A DNA stretch of 64,000 bases, from the NCBI GenBank assembly GCA_965219085.1, contig OZ244720.1:1440001-1504000 (forward strand), written 5' to 3'. The notes beneath the pieces are model-generated. The model had not been told where the DNA came from and made no database searches. It saw nothing but the letters and a program-made list of their open reading frames with translations. This document shows, piece by piece, positions 11,803-20,750 of the stretch. Origin of the DNA: Dehalococcoidia bacterium. Lineage in GTDB: Bacteria; Chloroflexota; Dehalococcoidia; UBA2979. Numbering within the stretch: position 1 is the first letter of the stretch; the number at the start of each line of letters is the position of its first letter. The position numbers and the translations under genes were made by a program.

Positions 11803-12930
11803 GTGCCGCGCTGGGACATCCATTTCCAACCCTACGTCGAGTTGCGCGACGCAGAGTTGCTGCAACTGGTGGCGCGCGCCGAGGCGCTGGCGGGGCTCGT
11901 TCGGGCAATCCCGCTGCCGCCCGCGCTGAGGGACGAGGCGGATCGCCTCAACATCCTGAGGGCGGTGCGGGGCACCACGGGGATTGAGGGCGCGAACCTC
12001 ACAGAGGGGGAAGTTGGCGACATCCTGGCGGCAGGCCCGGATGGTGCACCCGTCCTGGGAGTGGCCCGGGCTCGCGAGGAGGCCGAGGCGCGCAACGCTG
12101 CGCGCGTGATGGACTATGTCCGGGTGACCGCGGCTCCGGAGAGTGAGCTGACCGAGGATCACGTGCGCGAGATGCACGCCCTCACCACGGACGGGATCGA
12201 CTACCGGAATAACTCGCCGGGTGAATACCGTGCGCGGCCGGTCGCAGCCGGCGACTATCAGGCCCCGCCTCCCGACGAGGTACCCGAGCTGATGGCCCGC
12301 TTCTTTGAATGGTTCTCGGAGTCACGAGATCGGGATCACTGGCCGGAGTGCGTGCGAGCCGTCGCGGCGCACTTCTACCTGATTAGCATTCACCCCTTCG
12401 GAGACGGCAACGGGCGCACATCGAGGGCGGTCGAGAGCTTCATCCTGTACGGCGGCGGCGTGAACTCGCTCGGGTTCTACTCGTTGGCCAACTTCTACTA
12501 TCGGCGTCGCCCGGAATACATCGAGATGCTGGACCGGGCGCGCTTCGTGCACGACGGGGACCTGACGGAGTTCGTGACGTTCGCGCTCGGGGGACTCCGG
12601 GAGGAGTTGGAGGATGTGCATGCCGAGGCCCTGGAGTTTGTTCGAGTGCTCGCGTTCACCGACTACGCCCGCCAGGCGCTGCAAGTGCGCGCCGGACTGC
12701 GGTCGAAGACCGGAAGGCGCCGGTTGGAGCTGGTGCTCCAACTCACCGGCGAGCCTGTGCCGCTCGTCGACTTGCGCGCGCGTCGGCACCCGGCGGCGCT
12801 TCTCTACGGGGGCGTGACCAACAAGACTCTGACGCGCGACATGAACTACCTCAGGGATATGGGCCTGGTCCGCATCGAGAACGGCCACGCTCGCGCCAAT
12901 CTGGAGCTCATGAACCAGTTCGCCGAGTGA
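11803..12930 (+). CDS. Fic family protein with probable C-terminal winged HTH
   Basis: HPFGDGNGRTSR Fic motif; TTGIEG inhibitory-like motif; C-terminal TLTRDMNYLRDMGLV. Confidence 0.9.
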   Translation: MPRWDIHFQPYVELRDAELLQLVARAEALAGLVRAIPLPPALRDEADRLNILRAVRGTTGIEGANLTEGEVGDILAAGPDGAPVLGVARAREEAEARNAARVMDYVRVTAAPESELTEDHVREMHALTTDGIDYRNNSPGEYRARPVAAGDYQAPPPDEVPELMARFFEWFSESRDRDHWPECVRAVAAHFYLISIHPFGDGNGRTSRAVESFILYGGGVNSLGFYSLANFYYRRRPEYIEMLDRARFVHDGDLTEFVTFALGGLREELEDVHAEALEFVRVLAFTDYARQALQVRAGLRSKTGRRRLELVLQLTGEPVPLVDLRARRHPAALLYGGVTNKTLTRDMNYLRDMGLVRIENGHARANLELMNQFAE

Positions 12931-12988
12931 CGCCTGGTCGCACGCCGCACGCTCCGCCCGCCGGGCCGATGTACGTAGAATCAGGGCC

Positions 12989-13438
12989 ATGACAGCCGAT
13001 TCCGAACCCATCGAGATCACGCCGATCGGCGTCGTGCGCAGCCGCGAACGCGATGTGCGTCGGCAGGACTGGTCGCACGTGCGCAGCGACGTGGAACTGC
13101 GCCCCGAACTCGCCGACGCGCTGTCGGGCCTCGACGGCTTCTCGCATGTGATCGTCGTCGGCTGGCTCGACCAGATCCCGGCCGAGCTGCGCGAGCGGCG
13201 GCAGGCGTACCCGGGCGGCGACGAGCGACTGCCGCTGCTCGGCTCGTTCGCGCTGCGCGGCGCCCGCCCGAACCCGGTCGCCGTCACGGTCTGCCGGCTG
13301 CGAGGCATCGAGGGCTCCACGCTGCGCGTCGAGGGCCTCGACCTCGTCGACGGCACACCGGTGCTCGACGTGAAGCCGTACATCGCCGTCTACGACGCCG
13401 TGCCGGACGCGAAGCTGCCGCGCTGGGCGCAGGGGTGA
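12989..13438 (+). CDS. TrmO/TsaA family tRNA methyltransferase-like protein
   Basis: PIGVV, GLDGFSH, RPNPVAV, DLVDGTPVLDVKPY. Confidence 0.85.
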   Translation: MTADSEPIEITPIGVVRSRERDVRRQDWSHVRSDVELRPELADALSGLDGFSHVIVVGWLDQIPAELRERRQAYPGGDERLPLLGSFALRGARPNPVAVTVCRLRGIEGSTLRVEGLDLVDGTPVLDVKPYIAVYDAVPDAKLPRWAQG

Positions 13439-14139
13439 CCGCCCGCGCGCCGACGCTCGACGCGGCCCACCTCGATGGGGTCTACGACGCGCTGCTCGCC
13501 GCGTACGGACCGCAGGGCTGGTGGCCCGTCGCCGGGCTGGCGGAGACAGCCACGCTCGAGGTCTGCGTCGGCGCGATCCTCGTGCAGCACGCGCGGTGGG
13601 AGGCGGCCGCAGCCGCGCTGGTCCGGCTGCGCGAAGCCCGCGCGCTCTCCGTCGAAGCGCTCGCCACGCTCGCGCTGGCGGACCTCGAGGAGCTCGTGCG
13701 AGGCGCCGGCACGTACCGATCGAAGGCGCGCACGCTGCGCTCGTTCGCCGAGCATGTGCGCGCTGGCCCTGGCGGAACGGTCGAGGGCTTCCTCGACGGC
13801 GACGCCGCGACCGTGCGACGGCGCTGCCTCGACGTGTGGGGCGTCGGACCCGAGACCGCCGACGCGATCGTGCTCTACGCCGCGCGCCGCCCCACGTTTG
13901 TCGTCGACGCGTATGCGCGGCGGCTGTTCGCGCGGCTCGGCTGCGAGCTGCCCGGCGGGTACGAGCCGGCCCGACACGCACTCCTCGACGCCACGGGTGG
14001 CGACGTGACGCGTCTCGGCGAGTGGCACGCGCTCATCGTCGCGCACGGCAAGGCGCGCTGCCTCACCCGCGCCCCGCGCTGCGAGGACTGCCCGCTGCTC
14101 GACGCGTGCCCCAGGGGGACCGCCGCGCTGGCGGCGTAG
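13435..14139 (+). CDS. Endonuclease III-related HhH-GPD DNA glycosylase with 4Fe-4S motif
   Basis: GAILVQ, GVGPETAD, FVVDAY, C-x6-C-x2-C-x5-C. Confidence 0.88.
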   Translation: MTARAPTLDAAHLDGVYDALLAAYGPQGWWPVAGLAETATLEVCVGAILVQHARWEAAAAALVRLREARALSVEALATLALADLEELVRGAGTYRSKARTLRSFAEHVRAGPGGTVEGFLDGDAATVRRRCLDVWGVGPETADAIVLYAARRPTFVVDAYARRLFARLGCELPGGYEPARHALLDATGGDVTRLGEWHALIVAHGKARCLTRAPRCEDCPLLDACPRGTAALAA

Positions 14140-14191
14140 CCCGCGCGACCACGCGTTGCACGCCGGTCTCGACGCACTGAGACTGACTGGC

Positions 14192-15265
14192 ATGGACCTC
14201 GGCATCATCGGGCTGCCCGCATCCGGCAAGACCACGCTCTGGCGTGCGCTGACCGGCGGCGTCGCCACCGGAGGCGGGAGTGGCCGCCTGGAGGCGTCCA
14301 TCGGCGTGGTGCACGTCCCCGACGCGCGCGTCGAGCGCCTCGCCGAGCTGTACGACGCGAAGAAGGTCACGCACGCCGAGATCCGTTGGTTCGACTACCC
14401 CGTCGCCGCCGTGGCGGCACGCGGCGCCGAGACCTCGATGCTGGGCGAGATGGCGCGCATGGACGCGCTCGCGCCCGTCATCGGCGCGTTCGGCGGCGGC
14501 GGCGGACTCGCCGATGCCCGCCGCGACCTCGAGACGCTCGAGCTGGAACTGACCTTCGCCGACCTCGCGCTGATCGAGCGCCGCCGGGGGCGCATCGAGC
14601 CGGAGATCCGCTCGATGCGGGCCGCCGACCGCGGGCCGCTCGAGGCGGAGCTCGAACTGCTGGAGCGCGTGACCGAGCAACTCGAGGCAGGCGTCGGTCT
14701 GCGCGCGCAGGAGCTGACCGAGGCCGAGCGGAAGCGGCTGTCCGGCTACCAGTTGCTGACGCGCCGGCCGCTCCTCGTGGTCGTCAACATCGCGGAGGCC
14801 GATGTCGGCCGCGCTGAGGCGATCGAGGCCGAGTTCGCCGAGCACCTCGACGCGTCCGCGACGACGGTCGTGGCGCTGTGCGCGCAGCTGGAGGCGGAGG
14901 TAGCGGCGCTCGACGCGGACGAGGCCGCCGAGTTCCGCGGCGAGCTCGGGCTGCCGCCCCTCTCGCCCGTCGACCGCCTGGTGCGCGAGGCGTACGGGCT
15001 GCTCGGGGTGCACTCGTTCCTGACGGCGGGGCGGCCGGAGGCGCGGGCGTGGACGCTGCCGGTTGGCGGCACCGCGCTGGACGCGGCGGGCCGCATCCAC
15101 TCGGACTTCGCACGCGGCTTCATCCGCGCCGAGGTGGCGCGCTTCGACGAGCTGATGGAGGCGGGCTCACTCGCCGAGCTGCGCAAGCGGGGCCGCCTCC
15201 GCACCGAGGGCCGCGACTACGTGATCGAGGACGGCGACGTGATCGAGGTGCTGTTCAACGTGTAG
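14192..15265 (+). CDS. ychF: YchF-family ATPase
   Basis: GIIGLPASGKTT, VPDARV, RAWT, AAGRIHSDFARGFIRAEV, EGRDYVIEDGD. Confidence 0.9.
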   Translation: MDLGIIGLPASGKTTLWRALTGGVATGGGSGRLEASIGVVHVPDARVERLAELYDAKKVTHAEIRWFDYPVAAVAARGAETSMLGEMARMDALAPVIGAFGGGGGLADARRDLETLELELTFADLALIERRRGRIEPEIRSMRAADRGPLEAELELLERVTEQLEAGVGLRAQELTEAERKRLSGYQLLTRRPLLVVVNIAEADVGRAEAIEAEFAEHLDASATTVVALCAQLEAEVAALDADEAAEFRGELGLPPLSPVDRLVREAYGLLGVHSFLTAGRPEARAWTLPVGGTALDAAGRIHSDFARGFIRAEVARFDELMEAGSLAELRKRGRLRTEGRDYVIEDGDVIEVLFNV

Positions 15266-15299
15266 GCGGGGTCGCTCACTTCCTCGAGCACCAGTCCGT

Positions 15300-15704
15300 C
15301 TACCACACCGTGTCGATCTGCGGCGAAGCCGTCAGGATCGCGTCCCGCGTGACCAGGGGAGCGTCGTAGATCAGGGAGTCCGCGGCGATGAGTCGGTCGT
15401 GCATTTCCGGGATCTCGGGCAGCCGTTCGAGCAGGTCGAGTTGCTCCCTGCCCAGCTCCGACAGCTCCACGTCGCGCACTCCGGCCAATGCGTTCAGCAG
15501 CGCAGATGCCCCGAGGGGTTGACCGAGCTTGACCGACAAGAAGTAGGACTCTGCCACCACGATGGCGGGGACGATCAGCGTGGCGGCACCTGTCTCGGCC
15601 AGCCGAAAGAAGGCTGCCGCCGCGGTGCTGAGCCGGCTCGGGGATTCGAGGTACCACCAGAGCGCATGGGTGTCGGCGACGAAGCGAACCAGACTATCCG
15701 GCAA
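15300..15704 (-). CDS. PIN-domain VapC toxin
   Basis: VADTHALWWY, AIVVAE, EMHDRLIAA, LVTRD. Confidence 0.9.
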   Translation of the reverse strand: MPDSLVRFVADTHALWWYLESPSRLSTAAAAFFRLAETGAATLIVPAIVVAESYFLSVKLGQPLGASALLNALAGVRDVELSELGREQLDLLERLPEIPEMHDRLIAADSLIYDAPLVTRDAILTASPQIDTVW

Positions 15705-15975
15705 CGTCGTGGTCCTCGTCGAAACCCTCCGGCAACCGTGGTTCCCAGATCTTCTTCAGTGCCACAAAATCCTCGTACTCGGCGTCCGGGAGGATGTCGG
15801 CGAACGCGCCGCGCAGGGTGCGCAGCGAGGGCTTGTCTTCGTCTGGCGTGGGAGCAGTGGTGAGTCGGCCCCACGGCTTGCCGCGGCGGGTGATGATCAC
15901 CTCGTCGCCGTCCTCGAGGCCGCTGAGGATCTCGCTGAAGTGCGCCTTGAACTCTCGTACGCTGTATGTGGTCAT
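15694..15975 (-). CDS. Phd/YefM antitoxin
   Basis: SVREFKAHFSEIL..EVIITRRGKP; overlaps the PIN gene. Confidence 0.9.
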   Translation of the reverse strand: MTTYSVREFKAHFSEILSGLEDGDEVIITRRGKPWGRLTTAPTPDEDKPSLRTLRGAFADILPDAEYEDFVALKKIWEPRLPEGFDEDHDVAG

Positions 15976-15991
15976 ATCGAGTATCCGTGGG

Positions 15992-16028
15992 AGTCACGTG
16001 TGTGATTCGGTGTGACTACATGATAGCA
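15992..16028 (-). promoter_or_regulatory. TA promoter and operator
   Basis: Extended -10 TGCTATCAT (16028-16020) and inverted repeat AGTCAC..GTGACT (15992-16017). Confidence 0.55.
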
Positions 16029-16168
16029 CTCGGCCATGCTGAGGAGACGTTGAGGAGACGAGGTCGCCCGCTCCCACCGTCGACAGGCTCGCCAACGCGA
16101 CGCTCGGCGCGGCGCCGGGGCATAATGCGTAGCCGCAACCGTGCGGGCGGACGAGGAGCAACGACGCC

Positions 16169-17026
16169 GTGAGCGATGTGCGGACACAGATCGTGGAGAT
16201 CATCGAGCAGGCGCTCTCCGGGGGTGAGGCCGTCGCCGTGGCGACTGTCATCGACCTCGGGGAGCAGCGGGACCAGGGCATCCTCCTCGGCGGGAAGATG
16301 CTCGTACACAAGGACGGCTCGACCGTCGGCGGCATCGGCGGAGGCGCCATCGAGGAGGCCGTGCGCGAGTCGGCCGTCGGTGCGCTCGAGGAGCGCCCGC
16401 GGCTGGAGGCGCAGACCGTCCACGTCGCGGCCGAGGGCGACGCCGTGTCGCGCCGCTCGCAGGCGCGCGCGGGCGATGCGCGCGTCATGATCGAGGTGCA
16501 CGAGGCGCCGGGGCAGCTGCTCGTCGTCGGCGGCGGGCATGTCGGGCTCGCGCTCGCGACGATGGGCGACATGCTCGGGTTCCGCGTCACGGTCGTCGAC
16601 GACCGGCTGGAGTTCGCGAACGAGGAGCGCTTCCCGATGGCGCAGCGGGTGATCGCGGAAGAGCCCGCGCCCGCCCTCGACGCGCTCGATATCAACGACA
16701 GCACCTATGCGGTGCTCGTCTCGCGCGGGCACCAGCTCGACGAAGAGGGACTGCGCCACCTCGTGGGCCGGGGCGCCGCCTACGTCGGCATGATCGGCAG
16801 CCGCCGCCGTACCGGGACGGTGCTGCAGCACCTCGCGGACGACGGATTCGGCCTCGCCGACCTGGAGGCGGTGTACACGCCGATCGGGCTGGACATCGGC
16901 GCCGAGACGCCCGAGGAGATCGCGATGTCGATCCTCTCGGAGATGGTGCTCGAACGCCGCGGCGGCACGGGCCGGCAGATGCGCGAGGTGAAGGGCCGGG
17001 CGCGGCTGACCGCGCCGACGGCGTAA
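16169..17026 (+). CDS. XdhC/CoxI family Moco-insertion chaperone
   Basis: GGIGGGAIE, VGGGHVG, VDDR, YVGMIGSRRR, PIGLDIGAETPEEIA. Confidence 0.9.
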   Translation: MSDVRTQIVEIIEQALSGGEAVAVATVIDLGEQRDQGILLGGKMLVHKDGSTVGGIGGGAIEEAVRESAVGALEERPRLEAQTVHVAAEGDAVSRRSQARAGDARVMIEVHEAPGQLLVVGGGHVGLALATMGDMLGFRVTVVDDRLEFANEERFPMAQRVIAEEPAPALDALDINDSTYAVLVSRGHQLDEEGLRHLVGRGAAYVGMIGSRRRTGTVLQHLADDGFGLADLEAVYTPIGLDIGAETPEEIAMSILSEMVLERRGGTGRQMREVKGRARLTAPTA

Positions 17027-17200
17027 GCGTCGGGCGCGCCGATCGCCCTGTATGAACTGCGGGTTGGCGACCATCGCCTTGCCTACGGTGAGGCACACGG
17101 GGTGCTCTATCTGCTGCACGCGTGGCGGAAGCAAGCGCGGCGAGCACCACGACGCGACGTGGCGCGAGCGCGAAGCAGGCTGCTCGAGCTGAGGCAGTAG
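17027..17200 (+). pseudogene. C-terminal remnant of a RelE/HigB (Gp49-like) toxin
   Basis: Reads LYELRVGDHRLAY..YLLHAWRKQARRAPRRDVARARSRL-stop; no start for the missing N-terminal half; lies just upstream of an HTH antitoxin. Confidence 0.75.
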
Positions 17201-17217
17201 GCCGGGAGAGGTGAACG

Positions 17218-17517
17218 ATGCGGCGAGCGAAGGAAATGTTCGAGGAGCTGCGGGACGGGGATCCGGAATTGCAGCGCGAGTACGACCGGCTGGGGCCGCG
17301 ATTCCGGTTGATCGAGGCGATGGTGCGGGCCCGGAAGGCTCGCAATCTCAGCCAGCGTGAACTGGCCGAGCAGATTGGCGTGACCAAGACGGTCATCAGT
17401 CGGCTCGAATCAGGGGAACACAGTCCGCGCCTCGAGACCGTATACGACATCGCGGAAGCGCTCGGGTACCGGCTCGACGTGAAGCTGGTGCGGGAACGAA
17501 GGAAGGCCACCGCCTGA
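17218..17517 (+). CDS. XRE-family HTH antitoxin (HigA-like)
   Basis: ARKARNLSQRELAEQIGVTKTVISRLESG; RBS GAGGTG. Confidence 0.85.
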   Translation: MRRAKEMFEELRDGDPELQREYDRLGPRFRLIEAMVRARKARNLSQRELAEQIGVTKTVISRLESGEHSPRLETVYDIAEALGYRLDVKLVRERRKATA

Positions 17518-17590
17518 TCGAATGCGGACAGTCGCGCGACTGGTGCCGCGCGGCTGGTACAATGCGCGCGTATGACTGAAGGAGCGACAC

Positions 17591-17908
17591 GTGGCGGACG
17601 TTGAGCTGTACGAGGAGATCAAGGAAGCCCAGCGCGCGGGCGAGCGGCGCGTACTCGCGACCGTCGCGACGGCGCGCGGCTCCACGCCGCGCGGCCCCGG
17701 CGCGCAGATGCTGCTGCGGCCGGACGGCACGTTCGTCGGCACCATCGGCGGCGGCTGCGGCGAGGCCGAGGTGTGGCAGGAGGCCATGGAGACGCTGGCC
17801 GACGGCGCGCCGCGCATCGTCCTGGTCGACCTCACCGAGGATGTCGAGGGCGACGACAAGATCTGCGGCGGCGTGATGGAGGTCTTCCTCGAGCGCATCG
17901 CCGACTAG
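17591..17908 (+). CDS. Stand-alone XdhC N-terminal (CoxI) domain protein
   Basis: GSTPRGPGAQM, GTIGGGCGE, CGGVMEVF; preceded by TGGTACAAT at 17555 and an AAGGAG RBS. Confidence 0.88.
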   Translation: MADVELYEEIKEAQRAGERRVLATVATARGSTPRGPGAQMLLRPDGTFVGTIGGGCGEAEVWQEAMETLADGAPRIVLVDLTEDVEGDDKICGGVMEVFLERIAD

Positions 17909-18017
17909 GAGGCGATCCGCGGCGGGCCCCGCAGCGTACCGTCCATGACGGGGCTGCGTGGTACGATCCCGCGATACCGAAACGCACGTGCTGCGATTAC
18001 GTCAGGGAGGCTGACCC

Positions 18018-18269
18018 ATGATCGGTAGTCTGGGCTGGCAGGAACTGCTCATCGTCCTCGTGATCATCGCGCTGATCTTCGGCGCGAGCCGCGTCGCGGA
18101 TCTCGGCGGCGCACTCGGCCGCGGCATTCGCGAGTTCCGCACTGAAGCGCGCGGCGACGAGGAAGAGGAGGCCGCGCAAGCGGCCGCCGAGGACGAAGAC
18201 GAGGGCGAGGAAGCGCCGGCGGCAGCCAGCGACACGGAGAGCTCGGGCGAGGGCTCGCGCTCCGGCTGA
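18018..18269 (+). CDS. tatA: Twin-arginine translocase TatA/E
   Basis: GWQELLIVLVIIALIFG..LGRGIREFR. Confidence 0.93.
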   Translation: MIGSLGWQELLIVLVIIALIFGASRVADLGGALGRGIREFRTEARGDEEEEAAQAAAEDEDEGEEAPAAASDTESSGEGSRSG

Positions 18270-18381
18270 CCCCAGGCAGTCGAGCCACGATGACCAGCCA
18301 CGCCCGGCGTCGAGACTGCGCCGGGCGATTCTGTTTCACGACGGCGACGCGCCCACCCCGGCGGGGAGAGCGGAACGTCCG

Positions 18382-19929
18382 ATGACCCGCAGGCTCGGCC
18401 CCCGCGATCGCGTGGCGGTGTTCCTCGGCACGCTCGCCGGCGAGGCGGCGCGGCGGCTCGGCCGCGGCGGCGGTACCGCGCTCCCGGGGCTCGTCGCGAC
18501 GAGGGTCGCGCCCGGCGTGACCGAACAGCTCGCGCGCCTGCCCGACGCCGGCTCGGTGGTCGTGACCGGCACCAACGGCAAGACGACGACGGCGCACCTG
18601 CTGGCCGGTATCGCCGCCGCCGCCGGCCTCGACCCGATCGCGAACCGCTCCGGCTCCAACCTCGAACGCGGCATCGTCTCCGCATACCTCGACGCGCGTC
18701 ACGAGGCAGGCGATGGCGCCCGCCCCCGTCTCGGTGTGCTCGAGGTCGACGAGGCGGCGCTGCCGGGCCTGCTCCCGACGCTGCGACCGCGCGCCGCGCT
18801 GTTCCTCAACCTCTTCCGCGACCAGCTCGACCGCTACGGCGAGGTCGACTCGGTGGCCGAGGGGTGGCGCGAGATGCTGGTCGCCGACGGCAACGGGCTC
18901 ACGCTCGTGCTCAACGCCGACGACCCGCCGATCGCACAGCTCGCCGAGACCGGCCGCGGCGAGGTGGTCACGTTCGGCATCGAGGATCGCGGAGTCGCGC
19001 TGGCGGGCGACGAGCACGCCTCGGACGCGCGCTTCTGCGAGTGCGGCGCGGCGTTCCGCTACGAGGCGGTGTTCCTCGGCCAGGCCGGGCTCTGGCGCTG
19101 CGACGGCTGCGACCGCGCCCGCCCCACCCCCGACGTCGCCGCCCACGACGTGCGCGCCGGCAACGGCGCCACCACGTTCGCGCTGGCCGTCGCGGGCGAC
19201 CGCGTCGAGGTGGAGCTGCCACTCGAGGGGCTCTACGCGGTCTACAACGCGCTCGGCGCGGCCGCTGCCGCGCACGCGCTCGGCATCGAGGCCGACGCGA
19301 TCGCCTCGGCGCTTGCGGAGGCCGCGCCGGCGTTCGGCCGCCAGGAGTCGTTCGCCCTCGACGGGCGCGACGTGCGGATGTGGCTGGCAAAGAACCCCGC
19401 CGGGCTGAACGCGGTGCTGCGCACCCTCGCGCCGCCGCCCACTCCCGCAGACGCGGGGATACCCCGCGGCTCGGACGATGCGGGGATACCCCGCGGGACC
19501 GAGGAGGAGCCCCGGCAGCGGCTGCACCTGATGGCGCTGCTCAACGACGGCATCCAGGACGGCCGCGACGTGTCCTGGATCTACGACGCCGATCTCGAAC
19601 TGCTCGCGGGGCGCGTCGCGAGCCTCGTCGTCTCGGGCGACCGGGCGGCCGACCTCGCCCTCCGTTGCGACCTTGCGGGGCTGCGCGTCGATGTGGTGCA
19701 GCCGCAGGTCGGCGTGGCGCTCGCGCGGTCGCTGCAGCTGGCGCCCGCGGGCGCCCGCGTCGACGTGGTCGCCACGTACACCGCGATGATCGAGATGCGC
19801 GAGCTGCTCGCCGAGTGGACGGGTGTGGCCCCGTACTGGGCGACGCCGGAACCCCGCACGCGGGGATACCCCGCAGAATCGCGCACGCGGGGATACCCCG
19901 CGGGGCCATCGACGCGGGGACCGGCATGA
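18382..19929 (+). CDS. murT: MurT-like Mur ligase (lipid II amidation subunit)
   Basis: VTGTNGKTTT, EVDE, NLFRDQLDRYGE, two CxxC, KNPAG, DGRDVSWIYD, TYTAM; carries four in-frame palindrome copies. Confidence 0.88.
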   Translation: MTRRLGPRDRVAVFLGTLAGEAARRLGRGGGTALPGLVATRVAPGVTEQLARLPDAGSVVVTGTNGKTTTAHLLAGIAAAAGLDPIANRSGSNLERGIVSAYLDARHEAGDGARPRLGVLEVDEAALPGLLPTLRPRAALFLNLFRDQLDRYGEVDSVAEGWREMLVADGNGLTLVLNADDPPIAQLAETGRGEVVTFGIEDRGVALAGDEHASDARFCECGAAFRYEAVFLGQAGLWRCDGCDRARPTPDVAAHDVRAGNGATTFALAVAGDRVEVELPLEGLYAVYNALGAAAAAHALGIEADAIASALAEAAPAFGRQESFALDGRDVRMWLAKNPAGLNAVLRTLAPPPTPADAGIPRGSDDAGIPRGTEEEPRQRLHLMALLNDGIQDGRDVSWIYDADLELLAGRVASLVVSGDRAADLALRCDLAGLRVDVVQPQVGVALARSLQLAPAGARVDVVATYTAMIEMRELLAEWTGVAPYWATPEPRTRGYPAESRTRGYPAGPSTRGPA

Positions 19930-20693
19930 GCGAGCGAGCGATCCGGGCGGTCTGGCTCTACCCGGAGCTGATGAACGTCTACGCCGACCGCGGCAACGTG
20001 ATCGCGCTGCGCGCGCGCTGCGCCGAGCACGACCTGGGCTGCGAGGTGCGGAACGTCGAGCTCGGCGGCGAGCTGCCGGACGACGTGGACCTCGTGCTGA
20101 TCGGCGGCGGGCAGGACCGCGAGCAGCGGCGTGTCGCGCCGGACCTGCAGCGCCACGCGGCCCGGCTGCACGACTGGAAGGACGCGGGTGTCGCGTTCCT
20201 CGCGGTCTGCGGCGGGTTCCAGCTCTTCGGGGACGGCTACCGCGCCGCGCGGGGCGAGGAGCTGCCGGGCGTCGGGCTGTTCGACGTGACCACGGTCGCG
20301 CCGCCGCCGGGCGCCGAGCGCTGCGTCGGCGACGTGCTGGCGGAGACGGGGCTCGGCGGCATCGGCGAGGTCGTCGGCTTCGAGAACCACGCGGGCCGGA
20401 CGTACCTCGGACCGGGTGTGCGGCCGTTCGCGCGGGTGCGTCATGGGTGGGGGAACAACGGCGCGGACGGCACCGAGGGCGCGGTGACGGGGAGCGCGCT
20501 CGGGACATACCTGCACGGTTCGCTGCTGCCTCGCAACCCCCGCATCACGGACTGGCTGATCGCAGGCGCGCTGCGCCATCGCTACGGCCCGGACGCCGCC
20601 ATCGAGGAGCGACCGGAGGGCGCATACGCCGTCGAGGCGAGGCGCGCGGCGGCTGCTGCGGCGCGCGACCGGGGACGGGCGAGCGTCGATTGA
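19926..20693 (+). CDS. gatD: GatD-like glutamine amidotransferase
   Basis: LYPELMNVYADRGN, GGGQDREQ, AVCGGFQ, GFENH, YLHGSLLPRNP. Confidence 0.88.
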   Translation: MSERAIRAVWLYPELMNVYADRGNVIALRARCAEHDLGCEVRNVELGGELPDDVDLVLIGGGQDREQRRVAPDLQRHAARLHDWKDAGVAFLAVCGGFQLFGDGYRAARGEELPGVGLFDVTTVAPPPGAERCVGDVLAETGLGGIGEVVGFENHAGRTYLGPGVRPFARVRHGWGNNGADGTEGAVTGSALGTYLHGSLLPRNPRITDWLIAGALRHRYGPDAAIEERPEGAYAVEARRAAAAAARDRGRASVD

Positions 20694-20750
20694 CCGCGCG
20701 CCGTGCGCGCCCGAACCTCTGATCGCGGGGTGTGTCTGGAAGGCGTGCGC

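Noticed and set aside
16169-17200. XdhC-toxin read-through fusion
   Set aside because: In frame, but separated by TAA with no recoding signal; a truncated toxin is the simpler explanation
18332-18347. parS site
   Set aside because: Only the half site TGTTTCACG is present; the second half does not match TGAAACA
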